From assembly GCA_964187785.1 (NCBI GenBank), contig OZ076409.1, forward strand, positions 37,264,001 to 37,328,000: a stretch of 64,000 nucleotides of DNA, read 5' to 3'. Below the pieces are notes generated by a model. That model searched no databases. It saw only the letters and a program-made list of their open reading frames with translations, and was not told the DNA's origin. The DNA comes from Amphiscolops sp. MND2022. Its lineage: Eukaryota. This document shows, piece by piece, positions 37,498 through 49,995 of the stretch. Every line of letters begins with the position of its first letter. Within the stretch, counting starts at the first letter, position 1. The translations under genes and the position numbers were made by a program.

Positions 37498-38059
37498 GCA
37501 ATGCATTTTAAATCTTATTCACCTTCTCTAAAAAAAAAATTCTGAAGGGAATAAGATCTAAAATCAATGCATTTTAGATCTAATTACCCTTCTCTGAACG
37601 GAATAAGATCCAAAATTTCAGGATGGAAATGAGATCTAAAATCAATGCATTTTAGATCTTATTCTCCTTCTGTAAAGAATAATTTCTGAAGGGAATAAGA
37701 TCTAAAATCAATGCATTCTAGATCTTATTCCCCTTCTCTAAAGAATAATTTCTGAAGGGAATAAGATCTAAAATCAATGCATTTTAGATCTTATTCTCCT
37801 TCTCTAAAGAGTAATTTCTGAAGGGAATAAGATCTAAAATAGATGCATTTTAGATCTTATTCCCCTTCTCTGAAAGGAATAAGATCTAAAATCATGATTT
37901 TAGATCTTATTCCCCTTCTCTAAAGAATAATTTCTGAAGGGAATAAGATCTAAAATCAATGCATTTTAGATCTTATTCCCCTTCTCTGAAAGGAATAAGA
38001 TCTGAAGGGAATAAGATCTAAAATTTCAGGACGGAAATCAATCTAAAATCAATGCATTT
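37498..38059. repeat. ~66-bp palindromic minisatellite
   Basis: AAGGGAATAAGATCTAAAATCAATGCATTTTAGATCTTATTC... at 37689, 37755 and 37821. Confidence 0.9.
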
Positions 38060-39504
38060 GGGAAAAGCCCAGTTTCTATCATTATATCCGGCACTATTGA
38101 GCCCAGACATAGTCTCGACTATGGGAATAGTACCGGAACACTTATTCTGACAATAACCCAGCCCTCATGGGGCATAATTGATACGAAGTACACTTGATAG
38201 TGATAGGAAATACAAGCAACTAAGTTTTTCCTACTCAAATTCAAAATGGCCGCGCCCATTATGCAACTTCGAATTTTTCATCGAAATTTCTCAAGGACTG
38301 CTAAGGACTGCACCAGGACTGGTAAGAACTTGCGAAATTTTCGAAAACTGGGGAAATCCTTGGCAGTCCTTGGAATCCTTGAGTTATCCTGTCAAGGACT
38401 TGGAATCCTTGAGTTGTCCTGGCAAGGACTTAAGTCCACTGGAGTGTCAGTACGGGGGGCTTGTAGGTAACGTTTAAAAAGTAAAAAACCAAAGGGGGAT
38501 CCTTTGGAATAATTTACATGCGTTTCCCTGGTATTTAGTTTCCTTTAGTTGAACGTTAACGTTCGTCGCTTCGAGTCTGTCTTGAATGAAAAAAAAAGAA
38601 AAAATAAAAACGAGTGACTGTAATAGTCGGGCTCTTTTCTTAAGAAAAGCGCCGATTTAAAAATGTAAAAGATAGGATGATGTCTGCATCAATTATGAAT
38701 TTGTCCAGAATTTTAGCGCAAACGATGTCAACATAATGGCATTTGTACCTCATTTATTTCCCCCCACACAAAAGCTCAGCCATAACGCCCCCTCCCCCCT
38801 CCCCGACGGCTGAGGGGCATTTTCAGTGTTTTTACGGATGCTGCAGTCAATGTCAAGTTACTTGCTCTAGTTCTTGCTTTAACAAATCGAACTTTACTTT
38901 TTTTCGAGCCGTGAGACTCAGCCCGAGTTCAACATATATAGTAATATATATCAATGGAGTGTTTAAAGCTCCATAGTTGTGTCAAGTTTACCAGTACTAA
39001 AGAACAATCCTTTGGAATATTCATGTTATTAGTGAATCGTTCCGTAGTTTTTACTTGAAAACTAAATCTAACTCCAACTTTGATAGATAAAAAACTAAAA
39101 TCTTGCAATCGGATTCGTCAAAGTATTCAGGAAAAATCACTGGACCCTGGTTCAACGAGAGTTCTAGAAATATGAAAGGAAATTCTCAAGAGAAACTTGT
39201 TTAACCTTATTTTTGAAGAATAGGGGGCCTTAATAGTCACCTTATGCTACACAATTTCTGGGGTATGACTATGTGGTTAAATCGAGTTGAAATTAACGAG
39301 TAAATAGTTCGTGAATAATTTATAAACTTTTCACAATCGAATTACCCTTCAACAACCTTGGTTCCAAGTTGACTGAAAAACATTTGATTATTCTCCGTTG
39401 TTAGTTTAGTTTAATTTAAACTAACTCACGTTTCTATTGTTTATTTAAAAAACTAGCCCTAAAAATGAAAGCTATGCCCAAATCTAATATACACACCCCT
39501 ACAG

Positions 39505-39596
39505 ACAGGCCGGGACATTTATCTAGTAGCCAAAAAAGTTTATATTCATATATGCATATAAACTTTTTTGGCTACTAGATAAATTTCCCGGGCTGT
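39505..39596. repeat. Near-perfect ~92-bp palindrome (miniature foldback or MITE)
   Basis: CCGGGACATTTATCTAGTAGCCAAAAAAGTTTATAT ... ATATAAACTTTTTTGGCTACTAGATAAATTTCCCGG. Confidence 0.85.
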
Positions 39597-42449
39597 ATAT
39601 ATATACAGGTCCTCTGGTTGCTAGAAAATGTCCTGTGCTGACCTGAAATGAAAGTCATATAATGTTTTCGTTAAAAGAAGCTAGTTGCAATAAATTATAC
39701 AAATTTTTGTTCATTTCAACTTTCAAATTTCCCTGTTTTCACTAAATGTGTGATTATAAAATGTCATACTTATGTATTGATTTTTCATTACGGATCTTTT
39801 GGAGAATCCGTGTTTTATGTTAAACCTCTCTGATCGAATTCATTTTAACTTTCCGCCCAAATTTTCAAAACAGATGAGGTAGCGGAAAATCAATCTCACA
39901 GTTGCGTTTTGCGACAATTTTGCGATAATTTAAATTTTTACTCACACGACAAAGCACTGTCCACAGAATTCAGGGGCAGAATAGTTGCTTCCTAGCAGAG
40001 GTGTGACAGCGATAGCAAAAAACTGCTACCTTGGCGGTAGTCAGACGAAATTTCCATATCTCGTTGAAAAGCGTTTAGCATCCAACAACGACGGAATAGA
40101 ATAGAGCTCGAGAACGCTAAAATGGGATTGCAAATGTGTCGATTCTGAACTCTTACACGATACCATTCTTTGAAACGAGACACGATAGACATGTTTGAGT
40201 CTCAATTTTAGTGCTCTAAAACTTAAATACACGCCAATTACACTCTTTCCACAAGAGCCATTTATTCTCTCTTGAAGATAAGAATTAAAGCAGTGGCTCT
40301 GCTACGGTTACTCTGGTCTGAGGAGAATACCTCTCAGAACTCTCAGTTCTTCTCACTGAAACCAAATAGCAGCAGCAGGGTCTAATCCATTCAAAAATAA
40401 CAATTTACCCAACATTGCAAAGGGCAGGCAAACAATGGGCTGGTGAATAACCGACACAACTCGAAATTTTAGGCCGTTGTTCTCATTATTATATGCACAT
40501 TCTATGTCCAGAACATCTGTACCCTAGAGAATGACAAGACGCGTCAATCGCACCTTCCGCATTGAAATCTTTTGCTCCGTTGTCGATTCCGATGAGTGTT
40601 TCTGATATTTTTTGAAAAATGGCAAAACGGCAAAAAGAGCGACCTGATATGATCAACTGCCACGTCAGAAAGTGAATAAGATTTTTAAAATAACATCAAA
40701 GTCATCATCACGCCTTAGAGGGTATCGTTACATTACATTGCCATGCTTGACTTTGTATGCTCTGCTGTTATTGACCGCGGCAAAAATTTTCTGAAGGGGT
40801 TTTTAATCTAGTACGAAACGTTTTCTTGTGTCTTTTGTAAAAAAATTCTGAAAAAATCATAGTGGTAGAAAATCGTTTTTATCGAGCTTCTTGGTTTTCT
40901 CGTTTCAATCATAGTTTCTGTGAAAAATGAGCTCTGAATAATTTCAAGGAAGCTGATGTTTTGTCGAGAAACGATGCTCCGAAGATGTTCATTTTTTATG
41001 ATTTTCCGAAGAATTTTTACAGCATTTTCTCGCTAAATTTCACTGGGAATGTTTTCAACAGGTAAATCCTTCGAAACCCTTCAAACTGATTCAAGTGATA
41101 CTGATTTTTAGGATTAATTTTTTTCACAGAAAATCCTGTTAAAAAGTATCGATGAAAGTCACTTCAAGATGAGTTCAAACGTTATTTTGTTTTAACTGTT
41201 TCACTTAAATTCTTTGGAATTTTATGTCTTCTGCCAATGACATGCCGATTGAGTCAAATGTTTTTTTTATCAAGGTCTTCTCAATTGCAAAGAAATATAG
41301 ATGTTCAAGAATATAGATGTTTTGAGTCAGTAAAATAGATTGTCAAGAAATGGCCAATGATCACTCGGTATTGCGCAAAACCCTGGATTTGATATATATT
41401 TTTGGGTACATGCTTTTATATTCATTTTTTCATTGGTGATTGCATTTCTCCACTGATGGAATTGAGAAGGATCAGTTTTTCATCGATTTTTAGCTCTTTA
41501 AGAACATTCCTTCTCACAATTATAAGAGTGATTCGCAAATCTGCTTGAATTCGAAAGAACTTGATCAAAAAATCCAATTTAACGGTAGCAATCAATCAAG
41601 CTCAATGCAAATATCCGGAAAGTCTTGATTGATAGATAGAGGTTATTAAAAATTTACTCTATCATAAAGAAATGCTAGGACTTCGGAAATCTGAGATGGC
41701 CTTCTGATCAAATAACCGCATATAGAGGGATGGATATCGGAAACGCGAGAGGCCATTATGAGGATTTCAAAAATTATGAGATTTCAAATTAAAGAGTTTT
41801 TAACAATGGGAAGATTCCAGTTGCTTGAAAAAAGTCTTATATTTTGTTTGACCAACGCAAATCATTTTAATGGAGTAAACATGAACGATTTGCTTTTTTC
41901 GCAAATCAAAATTGTTTTGATTTTCGCAAGAAAATTGATGGAGACGAAAAAAGTGAAAGGCAGCCGCCTCATGTTGGAGACTTCTGCCATGATCACTAAT
42001 AAGAAATAGTCTTTTCCACAAGTTCTACCGGAAGAGGGCTACAGGTACGATTGTAGTTTCTAATGTACAAGACTTGCTTTGCCTAAAATAGATGAAACTT
42101 TTCAATACTTTTTCACCTGACCGTATATCCGCCCATTGTATTTGACTTTCGGACCATGATAATCAAAAATAGGTTGTCAGGAAGAATACAGGAAACTTCC
42201 TTCGAACACTCTCTTTCAAAAACAGGTACTTGAGAATAGTGTGCATCCTGTAGCAACAATTCACGAAATGTCACTTATTCAAGAAATATTCAAAAAGTTA
42301 TTTTATTTCTACCTCCCCTCCGCCAAAAAAAATCAAACAGTAATGCTACATGTAGTTAAAACATTTAAAATTGGCAAAAAATTGTGAAATTGTGTGAATT
42401 GGTCCGACATCTGAAGGAGGACAAACATTTTAAAATTGCCATCGATAAT

Positions 42450-43140
42450 AGTCAGTTGTTCCTCAATTGGCATGTGGATACCAAACAAATTGATTTGTTT
42501 AGATCTTGAAATGGTTTTTGATGGACCTCAAAGCTGCTCCGAAAATCCTTATACATTTTGTCCTTAGTTTGTTTCTAGATGATTTTCACTGCACGTCCTC
42601 GTTAGTGAGTTTATCAGAGTGGTTTTTTAAAAGTTTCTGATGCAAAATTTGAAAAAAAAACGATTCCATGTTTCGGATGTGGCCAGACTTCGGTATCAAA
42701 CATTTTTTCTGTGATTATTGATCTCTGTGGAACTTTGATTTTTTCATTTTGAATGGGGCCTATTCATGCACCTGCTTGGCGGTAGCCCTGCCAGTGTCGA
42801 CTGTTTCAGTTGGCCAATCAAGACTAAAAATACTGTTTTTTCCGAGGTTCTGATAGGGATTTAGATGGACCTCGGATGCCACTTCACAATGATTTTCGAC
42901 GAATCGTTTATTTTTATAGGACATTTTTGGAAGCGGCTCTGGTGCAATAAGGCCCAAAATCTTTTTCTGATAGAGTATCTAAAAACTTCGTATTTTGATG
43001 GAATAAGATCTAAAACCATGTATTTTGATGAGAAAAGACCTAAAATCAGTGTACTTTGGTAGAAAAAGGTCTATAATTTTTTTCTGATAGTACAAGCTCT
43101 AAAATCACTGTATTTTGATGGAATAAATCCCAAAATCAGT
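42450..43140 (-). repeat. Diverged dispersed copy of the 177-bp satellite monomer(s) plus 66-bp-like units
   Basis: 42750-42880 is the reverse complement of the satellite core (CAGTCGACACTGGCAGGGCTACC..AGCAGGTGCATGAA). GGAATAAGATCTAAAA at ~43000. Confidence 0.65.
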
Positions 43141-44174
43141 CTGGAAGGATGCCAACTTGGGATTGTTACTGATTTATCACCGGTGGAGCTATCGATGGCC
43201 AGTGGTGTGTTCATCAATGTCCACCGGTGACCACCGGTAGCCACAGCAAAAGATGCGTATGCCACCTCAGTGGTCCACCTGTAGGACGTCCGTCTGTTGA
43301 TCATCGGTGACCACCGGTGGACTGCGATTGGTTGCCAACCCCGGGTAATATGAATTCATATATGATTTGTATTTGCTTTTGTATTTTAGGAACAATACTA
43401 AACTTGTTACTATAAATGACGGCAAATTAGATGTTCTCCTTCTCTTCTAATGTCGGACCAATTTGCCTTGCTTGCAACCTTACTTTCACAACCTTTTTTG
43501 TCAATTTTAAATATTCATATACGAAATTATTTTCATAAACGAATTCATAATTGATTATATATAGCCAGGCAAAGAGAGGGCGAGTCAACCAACCCGTTTC
43601 AGCTCTTATTAAAAGTAGACACCCTCTTGGCACCAGAGTCTTTTTAAACAGAACCTGTTTCGCTATCAAAATGTTTGTACTAAGAATGACAAAGTCTATA
43701 TACAAACTTTCCATTCATAGTACCAGCATTTTAATAACTTCTGTTTATATAAAACTTTCATGCCAAATGAAAGTATCTGTATACATATCTGCAGTTGAAA
43801 CAAAAAGAGAATATTATCAAAAAGAAAGCAGCTACGAATTTAGACATCATGTTTCAGTACTCTCTTTGTCCTTTAGCCAACACTTCAAAGAATGACTGTG
43901 TAGTTGTTATTGCGAATGGTAGTAGTGATTGTAAACAAAAAGAGCAATGGCACTATGAAATTTTCTATTAAAAACTCCTTCAGGAACTCAATTGTTTGGA
44001 GAAGAAAAACAAAAAATTACAAAATAAACTGAACTAAAAATGGCCAACATATTTTCATGTAAAAAAGTTTCCAAAGTTCTGAAGCGAAAATTTCAGAAGC
44101 GAAGTTGCATTGATTTCGTCCCGGAATGATCAAACGTAAATGAATAGTATCGTCAATAATTTGGATTGGCCGCG

Positions 44175-44832
44175 TTTTTTAGTCATCGCTTTTGAAGAAA
44201 AGTGCCCGAATCTTACAGTGGGCAGTTTTTTTAGACGCGTAAGGTCCACTTTTGTGTTCATTTGTTCAACTTGAAGAATGGATGTCCAAACATACTGGAA
44301 ATGTCAGAACCTCGTCCAAAAAAAGACCGACGTCCAGAACCTCTAAAACATACTAAGGATTCAAACTTTGACCATCTTGGTGTTTTCAACTTCCATTTTT
44401 TTCGGTACCATGAGACTTTTTTTCGAAAATTTTTTTATTACACCAAAGGGTCCCCTCTTCAATTGTTTCGATTTGCAACAGAATGGATGTTCAGAAATCC
44501 AAAGGGCCCCCTTTTACATTTTCCGGCACTATGAGACTGTTAAAAATTCTCATTTTTCGTTTTTTTTTTGGAAAATTTTCAATGTCTTCGAAGGGTGGCC
44601 CCTTCATTTTTTTTGATATTTTGCACTGTGACATTGTTCAAAAAACTCACTTTTTTGATTTTTCCGAAACGTTTTTAAAGTTCCAAAGGGTCGGTCCCCT
44701 TTCAATTCTTCCTAATATTTCGCAACAAACTGGAGTTTCAAAAATCCTAAAGGGTCCCCTTTACAATATTAAAAACTTTGCGCTTTTTGAGACTTAGATA
44801 TAGCGCCGACTTTGGCCGTTTCCCGGCTTGTT
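44175..44832 (+). mobile_element. Helentron/DINE-1-like element
   Basis: Degenerate 5' subTIR with adjacent inverted repeat; 3' AGCGCCGACT plus GGCCG..CGGCT hairpin plus TGTT. Confidence 0.7.
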
Positions 44833-45003
44833 AATCGCAATATACGTTATATCAAACAAGCCGGGAATTGTAAATCTCCAGTTGCTCTTGCCGTAGGGAG
44901 ACTATTTTAAAAAAAAAACAAAATCAAAAAAGTCACACAATGACAAAAAACCATAACGAAGTCGCTGCGGGCCAAAAAAGACCTACTTTTAGCTGTAAAA
45001 TTC

Positions 45004-45582
45004 AACAAGCAGGGAACGGCCCAAGTCGCCGTTCTATCAAAGGCTCAATAATATTCAACGAAAACCTTAGCATATTGTGAAAATTTTCATTTATCACACA
45101 GTACCGGAATCTCCCGAAAGGGTTTTCCCCGAAACTCGAAAACAATTTTTTTCTGCACTGGAAACATCAGAAAAACTAATTTCCCTTCGAGAAAAATTGA
45201 AACTTTTCAAAAAAGTATTTGGTAAAAAAGTCGCATAATGCCGAAAATCCCAAAAAGAAACCCTTTAGGCTCATTAAACAATTTTTACAAAACTTCAAAA
45301 ATTTCGAGGGGTATCCTTCGATAGAATTCAAAAATTTTCGGAAAAAAGTCGTATAGTGCCGAAAAACCCGAAGTAAACATTAAGAAACTTTTGGAAACAT
45401 TAAGAAACACGTGGTTTAGTTCGAGACTCGAACCCTACGTTCTCCTTCTAAACGTCTGAAGCTTCTGAAATTCTGAACAGAAAAAGTCTGAATGAACAGA
45501 AAAAGTGGACCGATCGCGTTGAATTGACGAAAAAAAACTAGCCGCTGTAAGAGTTGTGCATTTTTTTCGAAAACGCCAACCA
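45004..45582 (-). mobile_element. Diverged Helentron/DINE-1-like element
   Basis: AACAAGCAGGGAACGGCCCAAGTCG start; ACCGATCGCGTTGA..CTGTAAGAG end shared with the 22620 copy. Confidence 0.55.
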
Positions 45583-45849
45583 ACAATAGTGAAGGAAAAC
45601 CAATTGAGGGACTAGCGCTTGGTTCAAATCCTCGTACTCTCGTACTTTTGAAGATTAGAAACAAAGTCCTATTCTGTTCAATAGTTTTCTCTCATTTAAA
45701 AATCCATTCATGAAAATTCCGCACTTGCTCTTCTGATTTACATAAAACCAAGACGTCGGCTGACAAGCAGGATATTTTTCGTCCTAAATGTTCTAACAAT
45801 TACATATTTTTGAGGCTCAAGAGTAGCACTATGAAAACGATTAGAAGTT

Positions 45850-48332
45850 TGATGAAAAGTTTAGACAGTTTTGATTTTTGTCATCCCATTTCAGAAGGAA
45901 ACACTTCAAGCACACCTCAAACACCTTTTTTTCGTCGGTGTGTGTGGATACCAAAACATAACCAACCAATTTTTCCTAAAGATTGCACGAAATGTCACTG
46001 TAAACGTCAACAATTGGAAATATTTGATTTTTTGACAACTTTGCGGTCATTTGATGCACTTTTCCAAAAAACTGCTGATGTCTTTTCGAAGAAGTCTATT
46101 GGATACTGTGTCCAGTTGTTGTTCAGTTACAAAATTGATCGAAAGGTTTACCAAAAAGAATAATTTTTGTATTTCAGGTCGTTTTGAACTAAATACAAAA
46201 GTGTTTTCGAACATTACGAAAACTCGGTAACAGCTACCACAAATTCATTAAGTTGTCATGAAAATTTACATGAAAATTGTAAAATTATGTTTCTGAGCAT
46301 TCTACATCCCTATTCAAAAATTTAGATTCTCAGAAAATTAGGAACTTTTGGTAACTTTTATTTATACTGATTTGTCAAACAACTGCCAATTTTTTGTTCA
46401 AGTTTTTTGGGGTCTTCTTGAGGCTTTTTCCCACGTGAAACTGCAATCGCCCCTCAAAAAGCCTACTGGATAACGCATTTACTCGCTGTTGAACATTTTC
46501 ATTCTTCCAACGAAGAAAATTTCTCGAAAAGCTCATAAACCTCGCAATAACGTTGAATTTGGATTTTTCATTTCCGACACAAAGGGTCACTTTCGAAGTG
46601 TTTCCAAAGCAAAATACTGCAACTCTCTTTTGAAAATAGCCTCCGGCATTGCTGAATTGCTCGTTTTTGAGTGTTTTGAACATTCTTAGCCACAAAATCC
46701 TTTAAACACTGTACATGACATGAAAATAGCCTGGAAAACGACGAACTGGAAAATTTTGGATTATCAATAATTTTGGATAAAATTGGAGCATCTTTTTAGT
46801 GATGACTTGTTTTTATTTTTTTAACAAGCATACTGGACATTATAAGCAAATGTTAATGATTTTATCAAAATTCTTACTTACAAAATATCTCAAATTTCGG
46901 AAAAAAATGCGGTGAAAGTGTCAACACTTGTAAAAACTTTGGACTTTTTGGCTCTTTTGTGGTTATTTTGAGGCCCTTTTCTTACATGAAACATGAATTA
47001 ATTTTTACAAATTATACTCTATTTTGCGTTTACTTGCAGTTGAATGTTTTCATTTCCGTAACAAACGAAATTTCCAACAAAACTTGTTTTTGAGGAATTT
47101 GTTTGGATTTTCAAGTAATTTGGGTCAATTTGAGATAATGTTCTTGCCAGAAAACTAGAAAGTTTTCCTTCAAAAGGCGTACTGCATAGCTTGATAAATC
47201 GTCTCTAATCACAATAATTGTCAAAATACCTTCCACAGAAGCCGACTGGATATTACTGCAATCGTTGTTGAACAATTCTATTTTTCTAACCCTCGAAACT
47301 GGGGCTGTTGTGAAATGTTTTTCATGGAAAAACACAGTAATTTTTTATCAAAACAGAATACTACCTACAAAATAAGATGAAAAGCTACATAACATTTGGT
47401 GTCAAATTATAGCATGCGTTTATCGAAACAACTGCCTTCATCCTTGAAAAAGTCTACTGGTCAACTCAATTGTTGTTGAACTGTTTCAGAGTTATAGTCC
47501 ATGAAAACTGGGAAACTAACACAAAAATTGCGTTAGAAAATCAGAAATTGTTGAAAAACGTTAGGATATTTTGACTACTTTGAGGTGATTGTGGCAATTT
47601 TTCCCAACAAAACAGCATTTATCATTTATCTCCCTGAACAACCCTACTGGAACACGAACTTTTTTGTTGAACGTTTTCAACGTTCTGATTCGCGAAATAT
47701 CCTAAAAATTTGATAAAAGTTGCATAAAATCATGACAAATTGGTAAATTCTGGAACTTTGGTCTTTTCCGGTCGCAATTTCAGCCTTTTTCATTGGAAAA
47801 TTGCATTTATTTCTACAAATAAGCCTCTTGGACAACGAATTCTTTCCTTGTTGAACGTTTATAACATTCTAAGCCAGCACGTTTTTATGAAAATTTGAGA
47901 AAAATTGCATGAAAACGTAAAAACGTTTTCGTTGTTTTTTTTTCAATTTCGGTCTCTTTTTGAGGTATTTTTCCTTATAAATATTATTTCATCAAAAAAA
48001 CCTCCTGGACAACGAATTTTTTGCCTTTGAAGGATTTAAATATTCTAAGCCACGGAAAATATCGAGAAGTTGAAATCGGAAAACTTTTCAGTTTTTGTCA
48101 TTTTCAGGGTCGTTTTTGAATTATTGAGGGGTCTTTGGTGTCTCCGAAAACAGTCCAAAGATCTCTACAAATAGATATTGCATGATACTAAATTTACGTC
48201 AGTTGAACTCTATGGGCGAAACCCTTTAACTTGGATATAAATTCGGAACTTGGCAAAATTTGTTTCAAAAAAACCAGTTTGATTAAAGTATTTTCCTTTT
48301 CCATTTGAAATATGGACGGAAAATAATAATAA
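45850..48332 (-). mobile_element. Second, inverted copy of the large repeat family seen at 27575-30710
   Basis: The reverse complement of 48140-48330 aligns by eye with 27575-27750; decayed ~180-bp units. The left boundary is approximate. Confidence 0.5.
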
Positions 48333-49995
48333 CATTCCTGAAGTAACTATACACTAATGTTAACTATTCATTATATAGCGCACAATTACTCACCATAACA
48401 GTTTACACTGCTTTTGATTCTTCATATTCATTACCATACTAGTTTTTACGAGCTTTAATTGGAAACAATATTTCGAAAATTTCGGAAACGAGTTATCACT
48501 TTTCTTTTTCCCTATCTTATTGACAGAAATACCTAGACTCTACAACAATACTTTCATCATTTTCTCAAGAAAAGACGGTACGTTTCCAGTTTCCCCCAAC
48601 CCTTGATTTTTACAGTACTGATTTATGAACTGAACAGAATTTATTGCAGAGGATTATATCTAACAATATCAATTGATATTGCTTCAAATGCATCTATATT
48701 AGGGTCAATTGATCTTCTCCCCATAAATTCACATAAATATGAATCCAACATGAAAAATGAATAATTCAAACACTCAATGTTTAGGGGAATGGAAAAGTAC
48801 CGAAAAGTCTATCAAAAGTCTGTATTTCAAAAAAAATCATGCTTAACAAACTTTCTGTTCGTTAATCAAATTCCCACGTGTTTTGTTAGCATGGAATTCC
48901 ACGGATCGCATTCCACGAAATTTACAAATTTTCACAGCTGACGAAAGATTTTTTTTTCAATAAGTTGTTCATAATCGGAACTAAAATGCTGGTATCAAGA
49001 GGGGCTGGTAGAATATTCGATTCTCTGTCAGATTTGCAGGAATTACGAGTGAATTCGTGATATCTGTAGATTTTTAACACGATGATTCAAAACGCGAAGC
49101 CCCTGTCATGTTGTTTCAGATCTATTTGATTTTTTCATCTTTCACAAGACGTGAAATTTCACGGTATTCGCTCTGAAATCCAAAAACAGTTCTAGATAGA
49201 TAAAATTGTGTACATGTGAAGAACCATCCTCACTTTGATAGCAAAATGTTATTCATAACATGTTTGTTCAACTGTTGATGTTGTACCGAAGTGAAGCGTT
49301 TGTTTGAAGTTGGAAAAGCGCTTCAGCGTTTGAATATTTTTCAGATTCCCCTTAACAGCACTGAATGAACTCCATTCTCTTTTTATCCAATTCCATGTTG
49401 AACTTGACTTTGATTCCAATTGGGTCATAAATTCCGAACTAAAAGAAATGTCAAAAAAGCCTTTCTAAAAAGGTTCAATCGAATAAGCATTCCATAACAA
49501 TGAGCTGTCCTTGGAAAATTAGAGTCAAATTCTGTATACTTCCGAAAGTCAAACACAATCGTCAGGATCGTCAAATTTCCCGGAAAACGCATGAAACAGC
49601 GAACTCCAATGTGATCAATTATGTGTCCGAAACACCTAGGCATCAGTACGAAAAAATCTTTTCTTCACTGTCTACAAAAACATCGAAACTACAAAATTTG
49701 TGCAACTTGAGTGTTTGGTGTGGCTCAGAAATACTAAATAAATTTGGAGGCAATCAATTGGTTTCCATTGCAAAGGTTTCAAAAGACTCATTTCAAAAGA
49801 AATCTCAGAAGTGAACCATTCAGCTCTAGATTAGATTCCATCAGGTAATCGTTTCATTGATTCTCATAATAGATTCAGCAGAATCTTTCTTACAGAAAGT
49901 TTCGAGTAACAGAGATTTTTGACTGGGCAACTTAGTTGGTCCAAAACAGGGTTCGAAAATTGCTGACGCCCATAAAACTTTTCTTCACCTCCAGG

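Larger units (their letters stand above)
31942..38456. mobile_element. Non-autonomous TIR transposon (CACTA/EnSpm-like) carrying satellite arrays
   Basis: 12-bp TIR CCCGTACTGACA / TGTCAGTACGGG. The 2-bp TSD (GG) is deduced from the empty site. AGGACT/AGTCCT subterminal repeats occur in both orientations at both ends. The superfamily is inferred. Confidence 0.75.
31654..38663 (-). mobile_element. Helentron/DINE-1-like element split by a 6.5-kb insertion (halves 31654-31941 and 38457-38663)
   Basis: The halves rejoin to match the intact copy at 51584-52066 (empty site GTCCCGTCCGGGCTTGTA). Confidence 0.8.

Noticed and set aside
40900..42330. Possible decayed coding sequence (similar stretches at 48400-49970, 53500-54240 and 59900-60800)
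   Set aside because: Frequent stops in all frames and no motif I could identify; needs a translated search.
43156..43345. Short CCACCGGTG-rich imperfect inverted repeat, and a similar CCATG/CAAGAT-rich patch at 12830-12960
   Set aside because: Probably decayed MITEs, but termini and TSDs could not be defined.
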